This document shows positions 58,800 through 64,000 of a stretch of 64,000 nucleotides of DNA, one piece after another. Each line of letters starts with the position of its first letter. Position 1 is the first letter of the stretch. The stretch covers positions 496,001 to 560,000 of the forward strand of contig JABVCE010000014.1 in NCBI GenBank assembly GCA_014905635.1. The letters run 5' to 3'. The translations under genes were made by a program, and so were the position numbers. This DNA is from Scenedesmus sp. PABB004. Taxonomy: Eukaryota. The notes below the pieces were generated by a model. The model saw only the letters and a program-made list of their open reading frames with translations, was not told the origin of the DNA and ran no database searches.

Positions 58800-60069
58800 C
58801 GCTGCGCGCGCCCGCGCGCGCGGGCGCGAGCGCGGCGCGGCGGTCCCCCATCCCTTGTGGCGCTGGCAGCGGCGGCTGGCTGGGCGGCGGTGTTGGCAGC
58901 GGCGGCTGCCGGGTCTCTGCTGTGACGAGGCGGTGAGTGCAGGCCTTTTTCTCCGTGGCCGGGCGGTAGTGACGCGCGCGGCGGCGGCTGCTTGTCGCGC
59001 TTGACTCGAAGAAACGGGCGGCTGAGCAGGGCTGGCATTTGTGAGCGAGGGGGGCCAAGAACCTCTGTTCTTTGACTGGCTTCCCGCAGGCACGCGGGAC
59101 GCCTGCGGTTGCGGGGGAATGGGGCGGCGGGGGTCGGGGCCTGGGCCACGCGCGGCGGGGCCCAGGGGCGCATGCACTCGCTAAATCGTCAAACCACCCC
59201 GGTGGGCTGGCTGGCGACGGCGGTTGTGTGGGCGGGGGGGGGGGGGGCTAGGTTTTGGCGTTAGAGTGCGCAGACCGGCCTGGCAGCTGGCTCTCTCTCT
59301 CTCCTTGGCGCGCTGGGCCCAGACTGGCGCCCGGGTCGCATGTGGCGCCGGCCAGCGCCGCTGCTGCACTGTGTGCCCTGCGTGTGTGCTGCGTTCACGC
59401 GGCCGTCGCTGCCGCAGTGCGGCGCCAGCCAGCCGCGGCGCCCCACCGGCGCCGCTGCAGCTGCAGCCCCACGGCGCAGCCGGCCGGCCCCCGCGCCACG
59501 CCGCCGCTCTGTGCACCGGGAACCGGGGTGCTGCATGAACAGCTCCAGCAGGGGGGTGCTGCTGCTCGGCATGCTTGTGGCGCGGCGCCGGGGCTGCCGC
59601 CGCCCCCGCCCCTGCTCACTCTCTTGGCAGGCCGTCTGTCAACTCACTTCAATCACAGCAGGTGTGTGCTTGCCCGGCGCTGGCCCCCCTCCCATCCATC
59701 GACGCATCCATGCATCCACCCACCCACGCATCCGAGGCGCCGCCGCGCACATCACCTCGCACGCTCCGGCAGCTCCTCGCCCGAGTGCTCGGCCGGGGAT
59801 GCTCCCCCCACCGCAAATAAATAACCGGCTGCCGCATGCCAGCCGCGTCTGTGAGTGTGCATGGTGTGTGCTTGCGTCTGTGTGCATACAATTGTGGCCC
59901 ATTGCCTGCCGACCACGCGCGGCCCGCGTGTGGCGGCAGCCGAGCTTTGCCCCTGGTGGCGCGGTGCTGACGCGTGACGCACGCAGTGCCGCGATTCGGT
60001 GATTCGCGGCGTCCCGCCGCAGCAGCAGGGTTAACTGCCGCAACTGCCTCACCAGTCAGCGCGGCGGCG

Positions 60070-61177
60070 TCACCGGACCTGCCTGACCAGCCACTCCATG
60101 CCGTCCTGCAGCCCCGCGCCGTCGCGCGCGGAGCAACCCTGTATCTGCCACGCGCGGTCGCGGATGAGCAGCAGCCCGAGCGCCTCCGCCACCTCGTCCG
60201 CGCTCAGCGCGGCCAGCAGGTCCTGCTTGTTCGCCAGCACCAGCACCGGCACGCCGCGCATCTTCTCCTCCTGCGCCGCCGCGCGCCAGCCGGGCGGGCG
60301 GCCCGGGCTGCTGGGCCAGGCGCTGCCAGGCGGCGGGGCTGGCCGGCGGCGGGGCGGCGCGCAGCTCCGCGCGCCGCGCCGCTGCCGGCGGGCGCCCGTC
60401 CCACCCGCCGCACCTCCAGCAGCTGCGCCAGCTCCGCGCCGCACTCGTCGATGCGGCGGCGGTCGGCGCTGTCGATGACATAAACGAGCGCGTCGGTGGA
60501 GTCAAAGTAGTTGCGCCTGCGGCAGCGCCGCGCGGCCGCGCGCGCGCAGCAGCGTGTAACCAACAACAGCAGCAGCGCTGCCGGGTGCTCGCGGGCGCCG
60601 CCGGCGCGCGCGCGGCTGCGGCGCGGCGCGCGCACCAGTACGGCCGGATGGACTTTTGGCCGCCGATGTCCCACACGTTGAGCTTGAAGCCCGCGTGTAC
60701 GACCAACTTGATGTTGAAGCCCTGCCCGCCGTGGGGGCGCGCGGGGACGCGTGGGCGGCGCCGCGGGCGAGGGCGCGGCGGGAGCGCCGCCGCGCGGGCG
60801 CCCGCCGGGCAGCGGCCCAGCACCGCGCAGCGCGGGCGGCACCTGGGTGGGCATGATGGTGGTGATGTCCTCGTCCGAGAGGCGCTTGAGGATGGTCGTC
60901 TTGCCCGCGTTGTCCAGGCCGAGCACGAGGATGCGCGCCTGCGCGGCGCGCGAGCCCCGCGCCGTCAGCCCCGCGCCGCCTGCCCGTGCGCCGCCGCCGC
61001 GGCGGCCGCCGCCTGCGCGCCGCCTGCTGCGCACGCACGCCGCACCTCGGCCGCGCTCCCCCGCAGCTTGCGCAGCAGCGCGAGCAGGCCCTGCGCGGCG
61101 TGGCGCGGAGGGCGGCGGCGCCTGCGGCGGCGGCGCCCGCGGCGGCGCCTGCGCGGCAGGGCCAGGGCGCTCACCAT
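60070..61177 (-). CDS. ARL3: ADP-ribosylation factor-like GTPase 3
   Basis: [10 protein letters not shown]..|[60 protein letters not shown]..|[30 protein letters not shown]. Confidence 0.93.
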
Positions 61178-61820
61178 GGCCCCCTGCCGCGCCGCCGCGG
61201 CGCGCTCTGCCGCGCGCCGCCTGTTGACCACCGCGCTGCCGGGCGCGCGGGCTGGCGGGCCTGCGCGGGTGCACACCTGTGTCCTGCGGTGGCGAGCGGC
61301 CGCGCCCAGACCGGGGGCAGGCACAGCGGCGCGCCTCGCGGCGGCGCGGCTGCAGCGGCGGCGGCGGTGGGGCTCAGCGGCCCCGGCGTCGCGCGGCGCG
61401 TGCCCACTCGCCCGCCCGCCCCGCAGCCTGGGCCTGACACCGACCGCGCGCCGCGCACGCTGGCCGCGCGCCAGCAGCGCCACCGGGAGGCGCGTTGTTG
61501 ATGGAGCGCCCCGCGCGCGCCTGACGCGCACCCGACGCACGGCAGTGCCTGAGGCGGGAGGCGGGGCGTAGGGCCGGCCAGCGCGCGTGGCGGGTGCGCA
61601 GCCGGCGGCGCAGGCGGCGCGGGTCGGCGGCGGCCGGCGGCGCTGCCGCTGCCGCGCGGCCGCTGCTGCCGCCGCCGCCGCGGCGCGCTGCCGCCCCGCC
61701 CCGCGGCGCTGCCCTCACGCCGCCCCGCCTGTGCCGCTCACCGCCGGGCCGCGCAGCCGGGCTGCGCAGGGGCGGCGGGCGGGAGCAGCAGCAGCGGCGG
61801 CAGGCGCAGCTCGCAGCGCC

Positions 61821-62704
61821 ATGGAGCGCGCCGCCTCGGGCGACGGCGGCGGCGCGGGCCGGCCCGGCGCCGCGCCGCCGCCGCCCGCCGACGCGCCGCC
61901 GCCCGCCGCCGCCGCGGCCGCCGGCGGCGACGCGCCCGGCAGCGGCGGCAAGCGGCGCGCGGGCGCGTACACGACCGCGCACCCGCGCGACCCGGAGGCC
62001 GCGTCGCGGGAGCTGCTCGACAAGCTCGCCTTCTACGTCTCCCAGCTCGGCGGCAGCCTCGGCGAGGGCTGGCGGTGCGACGTGAAGATCGTGACCGTGT
62101 CGGGCGAGACCGGGACGTGCAACGCGAGCTACCTCACGCCCGGCGGCAAGCGCCTGCGCTCGCGCGGCGAAGTCGCAAAGTTTCTGGGGCTCGACGTCCC
62201 CGGCGGCAAGGGCAGCCGGCAGGGCCTCGGCGGCGGCGGCGGCGGGCACGGCCCTGCGCGGCCGCGCGGCAGCGACGCCGGTGGCGGCGGCGAGCCGGGC
62301 GCCGCGGCGGGCGAGCTGGGTGGCGCCGCCGAGTCGCCGGGCGTGCCGCGCGAGGCGGCCGCCGCGGCGGCGCGCGCGCGCGGCGCGGCGCTCGCCGCCG
62401 ACGGCGTCGCGCCGCCGCTGGCGCTGAAGAACGGCGTCGTCGTGGAGGCGCTCGGCGCCGTGGACGCGCGGCCGGCGTTCAGCACGCCGCTCGGGCTGCT
62501 CACGCCGGGCTACCGAGCGGTGCTGCGCGACGCCGCGGTCGGCGCGTTTGTCAGTGAGATCGTGGCGCCCCCAGGCAGCAAGCACCCGGCGTTTGAGGTC
62601 AGCCTGCGCCCCGACGCCGTGGTGCTCGCGCAGCTCGAGGCCGCCGCCGGCGGCAGCGCGGGCGGCGGCAGTTCGGGCGGCGGCGGCGCCGTGCCCGGCC
62701 TGGG

Positions 62705-62737
<33 letters not shown>

Positions 62738-64000
62738 CAGCGGCGGCGCCGCGGGCGGCGGCGCGGCGCGCACCTTCCTGCTCGCGTCGGCGCGCAACGC
62801 CGACGTCGTGTGGACGCAGGTGGAGGGCTTGCAGGAGCGCGCGCAGCTGCAGGTCGAGGCCGCGGCCGCGGCGGCGTCGTCGGGCAGCGGCGGCCCGCCG
62901 CCGCCGCCGGCCGGCGGCGCGCCCGGCGGCGCCGGCGCCGGCGCGCCGGCGCACGGCGACGCGCCGCTGGACCCCGTGCTCGCGCAGCTGCTCGCGCGCG
63001 CGGCGAGCCTCAAGGGCGCGTGGGGGCGGGCGATGTTTGGGCTGGCCGACGCGGAGGTGCTGCAGCTGCTCGAGGCGCTGCCCGGCGCGGAGGGCGCGGC
63101 CAACTACCAGTTTGTGGATGAGCGCGGCGGCTGGGACAAGGAGCGCGAGCTGCTCGCCAAGGGCCGCTGGGCGCGGCGCAGCGGGCTGCAGGCCGGCGCG
63201 CGGCGCGCGCCCGCCGCCGGCGCGGCCGCAGCCGGCGCGGCCGGCGGCGGCAGCAGCGGCAAGGCGGCGGCCGCCGCCGGCGGCAAGGCGCCCGCACCGG
63301 GCGAGCCCGCCGCGGGGCGCAAGCGCGCGCACCCCGCGAGCGCGGCCGCGGCCGCGGCCGCCGCCGCGGCGGGCAGCGGCAGCGCGCTGTTTGGCCCCGC
63401 CGCGGCAAAGCGCTACCGCGGGCTGTCCCGTGACGACAAGGCCGTGGCGACTGCGGTGGACCAGACGCTGGACAAGGTCATTCGCAAGCTGGAGACCTGG
63501 TGGGTGCACGAGACGGCGCGCGAGGCCAAGCGGGCGGAGGCCGCGGCGCGGCGCGAGGACGCGAAGCGCGCGCGCGCCGAGGCCAAGGCGGCGGCCAAGG
63601 CGGCGGCCAAGGCGGAGCAGGTGCGTGTGAGTGTGGGTCGGTGCGCGCGCGCGCATGGCCAGCCGCTGCCGGCGGCCGGCTGCGCGCCGGCATGGGCCGC
63701 CCCCGCCCGCGCTCGCGCGCGCACCTCACGCGCTTCGCGCCGCGCCACGCCTCGCAGGGCGCGGCGGAGGCGGCCGCCGACGGCTCGCCCAAGCCGCCTG
63801 CGGCGCCGCCAAAGGCGCCCCTGCGGGAGGACCTGTCCCTGCCCGGCGCGGCCAGCACGCCCGCGCCCCCCGCGGCGCCGTTGCTGCGCGTGCTGCGCGG
63901 CCGCCAGGCGGCGCAGCTGCTGCAGGTCTGGGAGTGCGCCTGCCGCTTCGGCCCGCTGCTGGGGCTGGACGCGGTGCCGACGCCGGAGCAGCTCGAGGCG
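61821..64000 (+). CDS. MBD9-like chromatin protein (MBD + FYRN/FYRC + start of DDT); 3' truncated and absent from the ORF track
   Basis: ATG 61821; LGEGWRCDVK...YLTPGGKRLRSRGEVAKFLGL (MBD); GVVVEALGAVDARPAF..PGYRA (FYRN); WGRAMFGLADAEVLQLLEALPG (FYRC); LLQVWECACRFGPLLGL (DDT). Confidence 0.8.

Noticed and set aside
1..64000. Hundreds of long Arg/Ala/Pro-rich overlapping ORFs in the track
   Set aside because: Expected from stop-codon scarcity at extreme GC. They are shadow frames or intron read-through.

Overview
Very GC-rich (roughly 75-80% by eye) eukaryotic nuclear DNA with many short introns. Gene content and style point to a chlorophyte green alga, probably Sphaeropleales-like (inference). 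The ORF track is mostly GC noise, so genes were rebuilt by hand across introns. About 15 genes are supported: a partial receptor-like secreted protein, FAD4-type desaturase, small plastid membrane protein, BAH+GATA factor, CEP350-like giant protein, twin-CX9C protein, CsgA-like SDR, gamma-glutamyl hydrolase, cNMP-binding protein, DPH3, a J-domain protein, a secreted DUF11/Cys-repeat protein, a Shaker/AKT-like ankyrin channel, a secreted EGF-repeat protein, ARL3, and a partial MBD9-like gene. The strongest unexplained signal is a ~600-bp non-coding cluster of five mutually unrelated hairpins (28584-29200) that resembles a polycistronic miRNA precursor. Other highlights: a Shaker-type channel whose GYGD filter is replaced by a CNGC-like TLAGNE, many GC-AG introns, a copy of a gene's own start region inside its intron, and prokaryote-type surface domains in two secreted proteins. 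Some exon boundaries are approximate, and several apparent frameshifts are probably consensus errors.
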